DNA of 32,000 nucleotides from NCBI RefSeq assembly GCF_004102945.1, contig NZ_CP019384.1, forward strand, positions 1,942,202-1,974,201, read 5' to 3'. Both the position numbers and the translations under genes were made by a program. This document shows, one piece after another, positions 31,950 through 32,000 of the stretch. The stretch's first letter is position 1; every line of letters starts with the position of its first letter. Origin of the DNA: Candidatus Velamenicoccus archaeovorus. GTDB lineage: Bacteria; Omnitrophota; Gorgyraeia; Velamenicoccales; Velamenicoccaceae. A model generated the notes under the pieces. That model worked only from the letters and a program-made list of their open reading frames with translations. It was not told the DNA's origin and made no database searches.

Positions 31950-32000
31950 CTCGACGAGCCCCCGACAAATACCCCGGCAATCCAAGGCCGCATAAAGCAT

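Noticed and set aside
31806-31995. The rightward transcript considered as a rod-like RNA (6S or SRP-like), because CCTTGG near its 5' end can pair with CCAAGG near 31984.
   Set aside because: Only short terminal complementarity could be traced by eye. No SRP helix-8 motif (GGAA/AGCA loops) or 6S central bubble is evident. A dnaA leader with DnaA boxes is the simpler explanation.
31674-32000. Track ORFs at the right edge: 31674..32000 (minus, 108 aa), 31715..31993 (minus), 31792..31980 (minus) and 31807..31995 (plus).
   Set aside because: They are mutually overlapping and Arg/Pro/Gly-rich with no recognisable family. They span the divergent promoters and the DnaA-box cluster, so the region is more plausibly regulatory.
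1-32000. Window-wide look for defence islands, toxin-antitoxin pairs, integrases or transposases, prophage genes, secretion or biosynthetic clusters.
   Set aside because: I recognised none. Apart from the LAGLIDADG gene and three short hypothetical ORFs, every CDS is a recognisable housekeeping gene, so no novel multi-gene protein system is claimed.

Overview
GC-rich bacterial chromosomal segment, roughly 55-65% GC from hand counts of single 60-nt lines. Every credible gene lies on the minus strand: about 40 CDS and 3 tRNAs. All long plus-strand ORFs in the track read as antisense shadows. Content is core housekeeping and looks origin-proximal. Read in minus-strand gene order it runs: [DnaA-box and promoter region at the right edge] rpmH-yidD-yidC-jag(N-domain only)-LAGLIDADG endonuclease-parA-parB-ndk-yicC-gmk-rpoZ-coaC-tRNA(Cys,Leu,Val)-secreted hypothetical-thrS-infC-rpmI-rplT-[trkA-trkA-40aa peptide-trkH-hypothetical]-pheS-pheT-rarA-metV-like-nifU/iscU-5-formyl-THF cyclo-ligase-rny-ymdB-xseA-xseB-dxs-korDABC-like 2-oxoacid:ferredoxin oxidoreductase-gltX (partial). 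I found no defence system, CRISPR array, toxin cassette, transposase or integrase. The items worth a second look are mostly non-coding. (1) A two-copy, modular, hairpin-rich intergenic element lies upstream of the cyclo-ligase gene and between pheS and pheT. (2) A near-consensus promoter drives a structured leader or ncRNA of about 440 nt ahead of rarA. (3) A low-GC tract covers yidC, a truncated jag and a free-standing LAGLIDADG gene that has its own promoter and twin palindromes. (4) rnpA is absent from the rpmH-yidD-yidC cluster. (5) Decayed tRNA-derived repeats sit between tRNA-Leu and tRNA-Val. (6) A Trk K+ uptake module carrying a translationally coupled 40-aa hydrophobic ORF is embedded in the thrS-infC-rpmI-rplT-pheST cluster. 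Product calls rest on my recognition of motifs and family-typical sequences. No database search or folding program was run.
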